From Candidatus Woesearchaeota archaeon (lineage in GTDB: Archaea; Nanobdellota; Nanobdellia; Woesearchaeales; ARS49): 48,618 nt of DNA. The notes below the pieces were generated by a model. That model was not told where the DNA came from, made no database searches, and saw only the letters and a program-made list of their open reading frames with translations. Within the stretch, counting starts at the first letter, position 1. Each line of letters starts with the position of its first letter. The translations under genes were made by a program, and so were the position numbers. The stretch spans positions 1-48,618 of the forward strand of contig JAHWHB010000048.1 of the NCBI GenBank assembly GCA_019323575.1. Reading direction: 5' to 3'. This document shows positions 1 through 7,488 of the stretch, one piece after another.

Positions 1-148
1 GGGAGTCACGCATCATCCTCCTCATGCAAGGTCCGTTTCTGTGATGGAGCCATCCATTACTGAATCTCAGATTTCTCCGAGTCGCCTTTTAATGGTGGGC
101 AGACTTTCCTCAGTTTCCCGGGAACCCCGTACCTACCCAACCCTGAGA
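1..148 (-). ncRNA. rnpB: RNase P RNA, 5' portion (continues beyond the left edge of the window)
   Basis: The minus-strand read contains the universal CR-I/P4 signature GAGGAAAGUCUGCCCACC (complement of 94-111), preceded by a GC-rich P3-like hairpin. Further 3' is CACAGAAACGGACC (CR-III-like ACAGAAA, complement of 30-43). The stretch is GC-rich and ORF-free, unlike its flanks. A TTTATAAA box lies about 25 nt upstream of the inferred 5' end. Confidence 0.65.
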
Positions 149-165
149 ATAAGCAGTTTTGAGGG

Positions 166-173
166 TTTATAAA
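166..173 (-). promoter_or_regulatory. TATA box (TTTATAAA) for the RNase P RNA gene
   Basis: Matches the archaeal TATA consensus and lies about 20-25 nt upstream (minus orientation) of the start of the GC-rich RNA. Confidence 0.5.
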
Positions 174-177
174 GCTT

Positions 178-226
178 TTGAAATGTGAAAGCACATTTCA
201 AAGCCCAGCTGAAGCCTAGCTTCAGC
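178..226. repeat. Two adjacent perfect inverted repeats (hairpins) between the methyltransferase-like gene and the RNase P promoter
   Basis: ttgaaatgtg (178-187) pairs with cacatttcaa (192-201) across a 4-nt loop. gctgaagc (208-215) pairs with gcttcagc (219-226) across a 3-nt loop. The second hairpin contains the stop codon at 222-224. No oligo-U tract follows. Confidence 0.5.
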
Positions 227-1316
227 ATGCTTTCGAGAATAAAATTATAGTCAACTCTTCAGCGCCCTGCATGACTTTGCGCTCAGAAACAACAGAGAAC
301 TTGAATTCTTGCGCTTTCTGTTTGACTAGGTCAACACCGCGCTTCATGACAAGACATATTTTGCCTGTTTTTTTGAGAATGAACTCTGCCTGGTAGAACA
401 ATTCGTGATAAACCTTCTCGATCTTATTAGGAGAAACACTCCTGCCAAGCTGAGGAGGCAACGTGATAATGAAATCAAGGAAGTTCTTGCCAAACTTGGC
501 ATCAAGCCACTTCAAATCAGTCCTGCTAAAATTAACAGACTTAACAACACCAGCAATCTTAGCATTCTTACGAGAAGCAGAAACATGCTTGAAATTATCA
601 TCCATAGCAATAATCGTGCCCTTGAAATCAGTCTCTTTGTCAACAAGTTCGTATTTTAATTTAGGAACAAAACCAAACTTTTCCTTGCAAAACTTATGCG
701 GAGAAGTATTAGTAGCAAACAAAGCAGCCTCAATCGGAATAATACCATGACGACAGAAAGGGTCAAGCAAAGAATTCTTAGATTCATAACCAGCAATGCG
801 CAGCAAAGCAGCAGCAATATTACCCTTCAAAGCATCAGTGCCAAGGAAAATACGATAATCCCTGCGGCCAAGATCAACACCAGAAAAATCAACACCAAAA
901 AAAACGTCAGAATTCTCAATAAGCAGGAAAAAAACAGTCTGAGGCCGCTTATGATCAACAACCACATTATAAATCTCAGAAAGCTTAGAATTAAGCAACT
1001 GCATAACATCAAAAGAGGTAAAATCATGACTGCCAAAACGCTCACACCTGACAACAGCAGTTTTATCAATCAAATTATCAAGATTTTTCAGAACAGACTC
1101 ATCAGGAACGCCAGAAAGTTTGAAAGTTGATAAAAGAAGAACAACCTTTGAAAAAGTACGGCCATGATAACACAAATCAACCAAATCCTGCTCAGACCTG
1201 CAAGAAAAAAATATTTTTCCAGGAGCAGTTTTAACGTTTGTTGCTGATATTAACTGCTTAATCTCAGAAGCACTAACATCCTCCAAGCCAACGTGAGTCA
1301 AAACAAGACCATTCAT
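222..1316 (-). CDS. THUMP-domain RNA methyltransferase-like protein (Trm14/UPF0020-type) with degenerate SAM and catalytic motifs
   Basis: 364 aa. THUMP-like N-terminal half, then RRDYRIF...[14 protein letters not shown]...[16 protein letters not shown] and IITLPPQLG. These occupy the places of the family motifs DPxCGSGT and (N/D)PPY. The start overlaps the gyrA stop by 4 nt. Confidence 0.7.
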   Translation of the reverse strand: MNGLVLTHVGLEDVSASEIKQLISATNVKTAPGKIFFSCRSEQDLVDLCYHGRTFSKVVLLLSTFKLSGVPDESVLKNLDNLIDKTAVVRCERFGSHDFTSFDVMQLLNSKLSEIYNVVVDHKRPQTVFFLLIENSDVFFGVDFSGVDLGRRDYRIFLGTDALKGNIAAALLRIAGYESKNSLLDPFCRHGIIPIEAALFATNTSPHKFCKEKFGFVPKLKYELVDKETDFKGTIIAMDDNFKHVSASRKNAKIAGVVKSVNFSRTDLKWLDAKFGKNFLDFIITLPPQLGRSVSPNKIEKVYHELFYQAEFILKKTGKICLVMKRGVDLVKQKAQEFKFSVVSERKVMQGAEELTIILFSKAC

Positions 1317-3751
1317 TCTTCAGGAGCAATCTTAGCAAGACTAATAACTTTATCATTCTCCTCAAGCTTCATAACACGAACGCCCTGAGTGTTACGTCCA
1401 ATAACACTAATGCCCTTCACAGGAGTACGAATAAGAATACCAGACTGAGAAATAAGCATAAGCTCATCCTCTTCAGTAACAGAGGCAATGCCAACAACAC
1501 AGCCATTCTTATCAGTAATCTTAATGTTAATAACACCAACGCCACCGCGACTAATCAACCTGTAATCAGAAATCAAAGTACGCTTGCCAAAACCCTTCTC
1601 GGTAACAGTAACCAAAGTAAGCTTGTCATCAGCAATAGTGGCACCCACAACAGAATCATCACGCAAACGAATACCAATCACGCCAGCAGCAGTCCTGCCC
1701 ATAGCACGAACATCACCCTCATTAAACTTAACAGCCATACCATTCTTAGAAGCGATAATAATCTGCTGATTGCCGTCAGTCAACATAACAGACTTAAGCT
1801 CATCATTCTCAGCCAAATTAATAGCAATAATACCGCCCTTTCTAGGATTGCTGAACTCAGCAAGAGAGGTCTTCTTAACAGTACCATCACCAGTAACCAT
1901 AAACAAGAACTTATTCTCCTCAAACTGCTTAACAGGAATGAAAGCAGTAACTTTTTCTTTGTCGCCAAGCTGCAACAGATTAACAATAGCAGTGCCTTTT
2001 GCATAACGACCTGCTTCTGGAATCTGGTAAACCTTAATCCAGTGCACCTTTCCAAGATTCGTAAAGAACAAAATGTAATCATGAGTGTTAGCAACAAACA
2101 AATTCTCAACAAAATCTTCTTCCTTAGCCTCGGCAGCAATAATACCCTTGCCGCCACGACGCTGCTGCTTGTAAGTATCAACAGGCAAACGCTTAACGTA
2201 ACCAGCATGAGTAATAGTAATAACATCATCCTCAGGCTTAATCAAAGCCTCCTCCTCAATAACCTCAGCCTCAGCCGCCAAAACCTGAGAGCGGCGATCA
2301 TCACCATACTTCTCCTTAAGCTCAAGAAGCTCAGCCTTGATAATACCCAAAATCTTCTGCTCAGAAGCAAGAATATCCTTCAAGTCCTTAATCAACTTCA
2401 ACAAGTCAGCATGCTCAGAACGAATCTTGCCCTGCTCCAAACCAGTCAAGCGGCGCAAAGTCATATCAAGAATAGCCTGAGCCTGCTTATCAGACAACTT
2501 GTAATCAGCAATCAAAGCAGCTTTAGCCTCATCAGCAGACTTAGACTGCTTGATAAGCTGAACAACAGCATCAATATGGTCAAGAGCAATAATCAAACCC
2601 TCAAGCAAATGCGCCTTGTCCTCAGCCTGCCTCAAATCAAACTCAGTACGCTTGCGAACAACAGAGCGGCGATAATCAATAAAGTTCTGGATAATGTCCT
2701 TCAAAGAAAGCAGTTTAGGCTGGTTATCAACAAGAGCAAGCAGGTTAATACCAAAAGTCTCCTGCAACCTGCTATGAGCAAACAACTGGTTAAGAACAAC
2801 ATCAGAATTTGCTCCTGATTTCAAATCAATAACAATACGCATACCTTCCCTGTCAGACTCATCACGCAAATCAGAAATGCCCTGAACCTTCTTATCACGA
2901 ACAAGATTAGCAATAGCCAAGATAAGCTCGGCCTTGTTAACCATGTAAGGAATCTCAGAAACAATAATCCTAGTCCTGTTCTTTGCCTCCTCAATACTAG
3001 TTTTGGCACGAACAACAATCTTGCCACGACCAGTCTTGTAAGCCTGCTTAAGACCAGAAACACCCATGATGATGCCGCCAGTAGGAAAATCAGGAGCCCT
3101 AACAGTCTGCATCAAATCCAAAACATCAATCTCGGGATTATCAATCGTCTGAATAATACCATCACAAACCTCAGTCATGTTGTGAGGAGGAATATTAGTA
3201 GCCATACCAACAGCAATGCCAGAACTGCCATTAATCAACAGATTAGGAACCTTAGAAGGAAGTACAGAAGGCTCCTCCAAAGAACCATCAAAATTAGGGA
3301 CAAAATCAACAGTCTCCTTTTCAATGTCCTGCAAAATTTCCTCAGACAGCTTGTTCAATCTAGCCTCAGTATAACGCATCGCTGCAGCATTATCACCATC
3401 AATACTGCCGAAATTACCCTGACCCTGAATCAAAGGATAACGCATTGAGAAATCCTGAGCAAGACGAACCATAGCATCATAAACAGCCATATCACCATGA
3501 GGGTGATACTTACCAAGCACTTCACCAACAATCCTTGCAGACTTCTTGAAAGGCTTATTATGCAACATACCCATATCATACATCGCATAAAGAACACGCC
3601 TGTGAACAGGCTTTAAGCCGTCGCGAACATCAGGCAGAGCCCTGCCAACAATAACAGACATAGAATAATCTAAGTAAGAAGCCTTCATCTCCTGCTCGAT
3701 AACACGAGGGATAATCTTCTCTACTTTAGGTGCTTGTTTTTCGTCTTCCAT
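1313..3751 (-). CDS. gyrA: DNA gyrase subunit A
   Basis: 812 aa. Contains [25 protein letters not shown] and the active-site region [11 protein letters not shown], plus C-terminal beta-pinwheel repeats. Confidence 0.95.
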   Translation of the reverse strand: MEDEKQAPKVEKIIPRVIEQEMKASYLDYSMSVIVGRALPDVRDGLKPVHRRVLYAMYDMGMLHNKPFKKSARIVGEVLGKYHPHGDMAVYDAMVRLAQDFSMRYPLIQGQGNFGSIDGDNAAAMRYTEARLNKLSEEILQDIEKETVDFVPNFDGSLEEPSVLPSKVPNLLINGSSGIAVGMATNIPPHNMTEVCDGIIQTIDNPEIDVLDLMQTVRAPDFPTGGIIMGVSGLKQAYKTGRGKIVVRAKTSIEEAKNRTRIIVSEIPYMVNKAELILAIANLVRDKKVQGISDLRDESDREGMRIVIDLKSGANSDVVLNQLFAHSRLQETFGINLLALVDNQPKLLSLKDIIQNFIDYRRSVVRKRTEFDLRQAEDKAHLLEGLIIALDHIDAVVQLIKQSKSADEAKAALIADYKLSDKQAQAILDMTLRRLTGLEQGKIRSEHADLLKLIKDLKDILASEQKILGIIKAELLELKEKYGDDRRSQVLAAEAEVIEEEALIKPEDDVITITHAGYVKRLPVDTYKQQRRGGKGIIAAEAKEEDFVENLFVANTHDYILFFTNLGKVHWIKVYQIPEAGRYAKGTAIVNLLQLGDKEKVTAFIPVKQFEENKFLFMVTGDGTVKKTSLAEFSNPRKGGIIAINLAENDELKSVMLTDGNQQIIIASKNGMAVKFNEGDVRAMGRTAAGVIGIRLRDDSVVGATIADDKLTLVTVTEKGFGKRTLISDYRLISRGGVGVINIKITDKNGCVVGIASVTEEDELMLISQSGILIRTPVKGISVIGRNTQGVRVMKLEENDKVISLAKIAPEE

Positions 3752-3791
3752 AAAGAAACGTTTCTCGACGATAAAACATAAGATTATAGGG

Positions 3792-3799
3792 TTTATAAA
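3792..3799 (-). promoter_or_regulatory. TATA box upstream of gyrA
   Basis: TTTATAAA about 40 nt upstream of the gyrA ATG (3751). The half-site TCGACGATA (3766-3774) lies between the TATA box and the ATG. Confidence 0.5.
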
Positions 3800-3826
3800 A
3801 GTGATTATTTTCTATATAGAAAAATA

Positions 3827-3973
3827 CTATGGATTTTGCTTTAAAACGGCTGTTTTAATCTTGAAATTTCTGCCACAATAGACACAAAGCTTAGAACGGT
3901 CCGCAAGCAAGACATTCCTAGTCTCATACAACATCTGATTACCACAATGACGGCACTTCAACAAGAACTTCAT
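3827..3973 (-). CDS. Small zinc-ribbon protein (48 aa), below the cutoff of the ORF track
   Basis: My own translation is MKFLLKCRHCGNQMLYETRNVLLADRSKLCVYCGRNFKIKTAVLKQNP (CxxC-x19-CxxC). The ATG (3973-3971) overlaps the scpB TGA (3972-3970) as ATGA, which suggests translational coupling. Confidence 0.6.
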   Translation of the reverse strand: MKFLLKCRHCGNQMLYETRNVLLADRSKLCVYCGRNFKIKTAVLKQNP

Positions 3974-5163
3974 TCCTCTTTCTCACCAGACAACAATTTC
4001 TTAATCTTATCCTCAATCTTAGCCTCAACCTCAGGAGGAACCCCCTCAGGAAACAAACCCTTGCCAGCAAACTCCTTAGGCTTCATAGCCGCAGTCTTCT
4101 CAGCAGCCTCCTTAGCAATCTTCTGCTCATAAGACAACTCTTCAGGCTCTGCAGGCGTTTCTTTGACTTCTGTCTCTACGGGCTTTTCTTCTTCAGGAGC
4201 TTCAGGCTCTTTTTCTGCTTTCTTCTTACCCCTCTTTTTCTTCTTAGGCTTTTCTTCAGCTGGCTTCTCTTCTTCAACTTCAGGCTTTTCTTCAGGTTTT
4301 TCTTCAACTTCCAGCTCTTCAGGCTTTTCTTCTTCAGGAGCTTCAGATTCTGCAGGCTCTTCAGGTTTCTCTTCAGGCTTTTCTTTTTTCTCGTGCTTCT
4401 TCTTATGCTTCACATGCTTTTTGTGAACCTTCTTCTCACCTTCAACATCATAAACCTCAAGATTGCCAAAATTCTCCATAAAAAGCTCAACACCAGTAGG
4501 CAGCATCTCCTTAACAGGCTCAAGAGCAGGATAAGTCTCAAGAGGCTCCTTAGAACTGCCCAAGACAATCTGGGGCTTTTCCAAACGCTCCTCAGTCTGC
4601 CTTCTCTGCTCAACCTCAATACTCTCTATCTCAACCTCCTTAGCCTCAATAGCCTTCTCAATCTCAACAGCACTGCCAAACTTGTTCTTAAGCTTAGAAG
4701 GATCAATATCAAAATACTCAAAAAACTTAGGAGTAAGCTTAATCAACTTAGTCCTGCCAGACTTCTCACGCGTAATAAAACCAGACTCCTCCAAAAGAGA
4801 AAGATGCTCATACGCCTTATTAGTACGAATCTTGATAACCTTAGACTGCAAAACAGGAGCCTTATACGCAACAACAGCCAAAGTCTCAAGCTGACCCTTA
4901 GGAAGCTCAGTCTTAGTAACAACCTTCTTGATAACAGGAACATACTTCTCACGAACAGTCAACTTCCACGCAGAACCATCCTGAACAAGCATAGTAGGAC
5001 TATTAGCAGAATCAAGCAAAGCCTTCCACTCAGACAGAGCAGCAAGAACCTCCTCCTCAGAACGCTTACACAAACCAGCAAGCTCTGAGAGCTCAAGCTT
5101 TCTGCCTGCAGCAAACAAAATGGCCTCAACAGTACGCTTCAGTTCCTCATCCATTTGCGACAA
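3970..5163 (-). CDS. scpB: ScpB-like segregation/condensation protein with a long acidic-lysine low-complexity tail
   Basis: 397 aa. The N-terminal ~160 aa match the ScpB double winged-helix pattern (VEAILFAAGRKLELSELA..., QLETLAVVAYKAPVLQSKVIKIRTNKAYEHLSLLEESGFI). The C-terminal ~190 aa are KPEE/EEKP-rich. Confidence 0.8.
   Translation of the reverse strand: MSQMDEELKRTVEAILFAAGRKLELSELAGLCKRSEEEVLAALSEWKALLDSANSPTMLVQDGSAWKLTVREKYVPVIKKVVTKTELPKGQLETLAVVAYKAPVLQSKVIKIRTNKAYEHLSLLEESGFITREKSGRTKLIKLTPKFFEYFDIDPSKLKNKFGSAVEIEKAIEAKEVEIESIEVEQRRQTEERLEKPQIVLGSSKEPLETYPALEPVKEMLPTGVELFMENFGNLEVYDVEGEKKVHKKHVKHKKKHEKKEKPEEKPEEPAESEAPEEEKPEELEVEEKPEEKPEVEEEKPAEEKPKKKKRGKKKAEKEPEAPEEEKPVETEVKETPAEPEELSYEQKIAKEAAEKTAAMKPKEFAGKGLFPEGVPPEVEAKIEDKIKKLLSGEKEE
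4181..4346. repeat. Exact 25-nt direct repeat inside the scpB low-complexity tail
   Basis: ggcttttcttcttcaggagcttcag occurs at 4181-4205 and again at 4322-4346. Both copies encode APEEEKP on the minus strand. Confidence 0.8.
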
Positions 5164-5707
5164 AAAGATTGCCCTCTTTTTTAATTACACCTTTTGAAAT
5201 CAAAGTATCAACAAAACTCTGCAGCGCATCAGGCTTCATACCAATCATGTTGGAGAGATCATCCATTGATTTAGGCTTCTCACAAGCAAGCTTGATGAAA
5301 TTATGCAGAATATTAATCGCATTCTTATCCAAAACCTGCTTCTGAGCCTGCAAACCCTTCAACATCATATCAGTCTGGTGCAGGCGTCCCTGCAAATCAT
5401 TAAGAAAATCCTCAAACTTAGCCATATCAAGCTCCATTTTCTCAGGAGACATAATCTCGACAGTGCTGGGCATGCTGTCAAAACAGAAATTAAGAAGCTC
5501 ATGAGCATCCTTAAAAGAAATCTGAAGCTCAACAAACTGAGAAAACAGCTTGTCAGAAGGAACCGGCTCAGCATACTTCTCAATCTGAACATCAAGACCC
5601 TCCTGCTTGATCTTCTCAACGTGCTCCTCAAGCTTTTTAGCGATAAACTCCTTAGGACCGCCAAGTATCTCAATAATACACCTTGCCACTATGTTTTGTT
5701 GCTCCAT
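5147..5707 (-). CDS. Hypothetical protein with a coiled-coil middle and a winged-helix-like C-terminus; first gene of the scpB operon
   Basis: The ORF runs 5147-5719. I favour the start at M5 (MEQQNIV, ATG at 5707) because the TATA-like ctttataa (5731-5738) lies about 27 nt upstream. The 3' end overlaps the scpB start by 17 nt. I recognise no family. Confidence 0.6.
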   Translation of the reverse strand: MEQQNIVARCIIEILGGPKEFIAKKLEEHVEKIKQEGLDVQIEKYAEPVPSDKLFSQFVELQISFKDAHELLNFCFDSMPSTVEIMSPEKMELDMAKFEDFLNDLQGRLHQTDMMLKGLQAQKQVLDKNAINILHNFIKLACEKPKSMDDLSNMIGMKPDALQSFVDTLISKGVIKKEGNLFVANG

Positions 5708-5828
5708 ACCAGCGACCAAAAGCCAGCCAATTATAAAGCTTTTCCCTCAGAAAAAAGGCGATATTTGTTATTTGAGAATAGTTACAAAAGCTTTTAAGAG
5801 TGAATAAAAAAGGAAAAAACGGGGTGAT

Positions 5829-6287
5829 ATGATGGCAATATTCGGCTTTCTAAAGAAAAAACAGGAAGAACTACCAATGCCCCCGCCGCCACCAATGCCG
5901 GCAGCACCAGAAATACAAGGGGACATAGAAGAGATAAGACCAACAGAAATAGGACCAGAGCCAGAAATACCAGAACTCCCACCAGCACTTCCCGCTCCTG
6001 AAATTTACAAAAAACCAGCAGAACCTGCATGGGAAAAAGAGGAAGAAAAAATAGAAGTAAGACCTCCATTAAAACCGACATTCGTAGCAATAGAAGACTA
6101 CAAAAGAATCATCAACGACACAAACACAATAAGAGCAAAGCTCATGGAAGCAGAAAACTTCGTAAGAAAACTAGGAGATTTGAAAAACGAAGAAGAAAGA
6201 GCGTTTGAAAAATGGAGAACACAGCTAGAAGACGTAGAGAAAAAACTAGGCTACGTAGACCAGCTAATAGCAAAAGCAGAAAGGTGA
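5829..6287 (+). CDS. Paralogue 1 of a 3-gene family: amphipathic N-terminus, Pro-rich linker, conserved coiled-coil domain
   Basis: 152 aa. MMAIFGFLKKKQEE..., then PPPPPMPAAPE...PELPPALPAPE, then PTFVAIEDYKRIINDTNTIRAKL...WRTQLEDVEKKLGYVDQLI. The SD-like ggggtga lies 4 nt upstream. Confidence 0.7.
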   Translation: MMAIFGFLKKKQEELPMPPPPPMPAAPEIQGDIEEIRPTEIGPEPEIPELPPALPAPEIYKKPAEPAWEKEEEKIEVRPPLKPTFVAIEDYKRIINDTNTIRAKLMEAENFVRKLGDLKNEEERAFEKWRTQLEDVEKKLGYVDQLIAKAER

Positions 6288-6292
6288 TTAAT

Positions 6293-6520
6293 ATGGATGA
6301 TAGAGCACCAGTATTCGTAAAAATAGATGAGTACAAAGACATAGCAGACATAATGACACTAATGCGAGAAAAACTACAACAAGCAAAATTCCTGCTTGAC
6401 AAAATAGCAGAACTCAAAGCACAAGAAGACTCAGAACTAGCAACCTGGGTCAAAGAACTAGAAGACGTAGAAACAAGAGTGACAAACATAGACAGAGCAC
6501 TCTCACAACCAAGCCTATAA
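6293..6520 (+). CDS. Paralogue 2 (domain only)
   Basis: 75 aa from the internal ATG at 6293 (SD aggtga upstream). APVFVKIDEYKDIADIMTLMREKL...WVKELEDVETRVTNIDRAL aligns residue by residue with the C-terminal domain of 5829-6287. Confidence 0.7.
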   Translation: MDDRAPVFVKIDEYKDIADIMTLMREKLQQAKFLLDKIAELKAQEDSELATWVKELEDVETRVTNIDRALSQPSL

Positions 6521-6876
6521 TGGAAGAAGAACTATTCTTTGTCGGAATACGGGACCCAGTAGAAATAAGGAAAGAACTACTGACAAGCTCAAAAAACTTA
6601 ATCGACAGTTTGAAAAGATACGAACAATACAAAGACATCAAAGAAGAAAAACTGCAAAGAATAACAGAACTAAAAAGAATATTCGACGAGATAATGGTGC
6701 TTAACAAAAAACTAAGAAACCACATGCCAAAAACACCACTAAGAGCACCAAGCACAAAAACAGAAAAGACAACAAAAGCTTCTAAATCAAAACCAACAAA
6801 GTTCGGCAAAACAAAAATAGACGTTCTAGAACAAGAACTCGCCAAAATAGAAGAAAGACTAGGCGGGTTAGAATAA
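6520..6876 (+). CDS. Paralogue 3 (divergent) with a basic Ser/Thr/Lys-rich tail
   Basis: 118 aa. ELFFVGIRDPVEIRKELL...KEEKLQRITELKRIFDEI follows the same FV-I-...-coiled-coil pattern. The start overlaps the previous stop as TAATG. Confidence 0.65.
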   Translation: MEEELFFVGIRDPVEIRKELLTSSKNLIDSLKRYEQYKDIKEEKLQRITELKRIFDEIMVLNKKLRNHMPKTPLRAPSTKTEKTTKASKSKPTKFGKTKIDVLEQELAKIEERLGGLE

Positions 6877-6882
6877 AACTAA

Positions 6883-6996
6883 TGCGGGGGGCAGGATTCG
6901 AACCTGCGAAGGCACTAAGCCAATAGCTATCACCGCAATCAGCTGCGGCAAGTTTGCGCTTGAGGCTATCCCCTTTGGCCACTCGGGAACCCCCGC
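6883..6996 (-). tRNA. tRNA-Leu(CAA) with a ~30-nt intron at the canonical 37/38 position
   Basis: Acceptor stem GCGGGGG/CCCCCGC. T-arm GCAGG-TTCGAAT-CCTGC. Anticodon stem ATAGC/GCTAT with loop CU-CAA-G, then the intron, then A. The long variable arm (TGGCTTAGTGCCTTC) is typical of Leu. No CCA is encoded. Confidence 0.85.
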
Positions 6997-7034
6997 GTAG
7001 AGAGAACAAGATTTCTGCTCTTTTTTAAATCTTA

Positions 7035-7382
7035 TCAATTCCAGCCTTTCTCAGCACAAGCAAGAATCAACTTATACAAATCAGAATCACCCTCATACTC
7101 TTGCGGAGATTTCATAAGAGCAATCTCCTTAGCAAGAATACAATCATGCCATGTCAATGAATCACTATCAACAACATACACTGTTTCCCTAGGAGTAACC
7201 TCTACTGTCTTGCCAGGCTGAACAATAACAGGAGGCTTAACAGTCCTATCTCCAATCTGAACCGGTCTAGCAAGAGTCCTAGGAACACCACCAGTAGCAT
7301 CATCCTGCATTCCAATAATAGAAAAAGTTCCAAGAGCCAGCAAGGCCACTAACAACAAAGGCCAGACGGGTTTGTTCTTCAT
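7035..7382 (-). CDS. Small secreted or membrane-anchored hypothetical protein
   Basis: 115 aa. N-terminal hydrophobic segment VWPLLLVALLALGTFSIIG. No recognisable family. Confidence 0.55.
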   Translation of the reverse strand: MKNKPVWPLLLVALLALGTFSIIGMQDDATGGVPRTLARPVQIGDRTVKPPVIVQPGKTVEVTPRETVYVVDSDSLTWHDCILAKEIALMKSPQEYEGDSDLYKLILACAEKGWN

Positions 7383-7488
7383 AACAAGAATATAGTAAAA
7401 TCAATTAAAAAAGCCTTTGCATATAAAGTACGACTTTTTAAATAAAAAGATAGAACATATATAAACAACAAAACAAAAAACAACCAAA

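Noticed and set aside
178-226. The two hairpins after the methyltransferase-like gene, read as intrinsic terminators.
   Set aside because: No oligo-U tract follows either hairpin on the transcribed (minus) strand. Archaeal termination generally relies on oligo-T rather than on hairpins. They are kept only as unexplained inverted repeats.
2042-2818. Long ORFs antisense to, or out of frame with, recognised genes. Examples: 2042-2818 (+), 24269-24967 (-), 28912-29754 (-), 37684-38763 (+), 42166-43140 (+), 43798-44889 (+), 45389-46279 (+), and many 60-230-aa ORFs.
   Set aside because: Their translations are low-complexity (runs of N/T/R/K/S/L) with no motifs. They overlap genes with unmistakable homology. 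They are expected by-products of the T-poor given strand, which depletes stop codons in all six frames.
4160-4400. Repetitive DNA in the scpB tail that at first sight resembles a tandem repeat or CRISPR-like periodicity.
   Set aside because: It is in-frame coding low complexity (KPEE/EEKP) with one 25-nt duplication. There is no spacer-repeat architecture. No CRISPR array exists anywhere in the window.
5795-5828. GGAAA-N5-GGGG upstream of paralogue 1 (aaggaaaaaacggggtga) as another ORB-like box.
   Set aside because: Only the half-dyad matches. The G-run is better explained as the Shine-Dalgarno sequence (ggggtga) 4 nt before the ATG.
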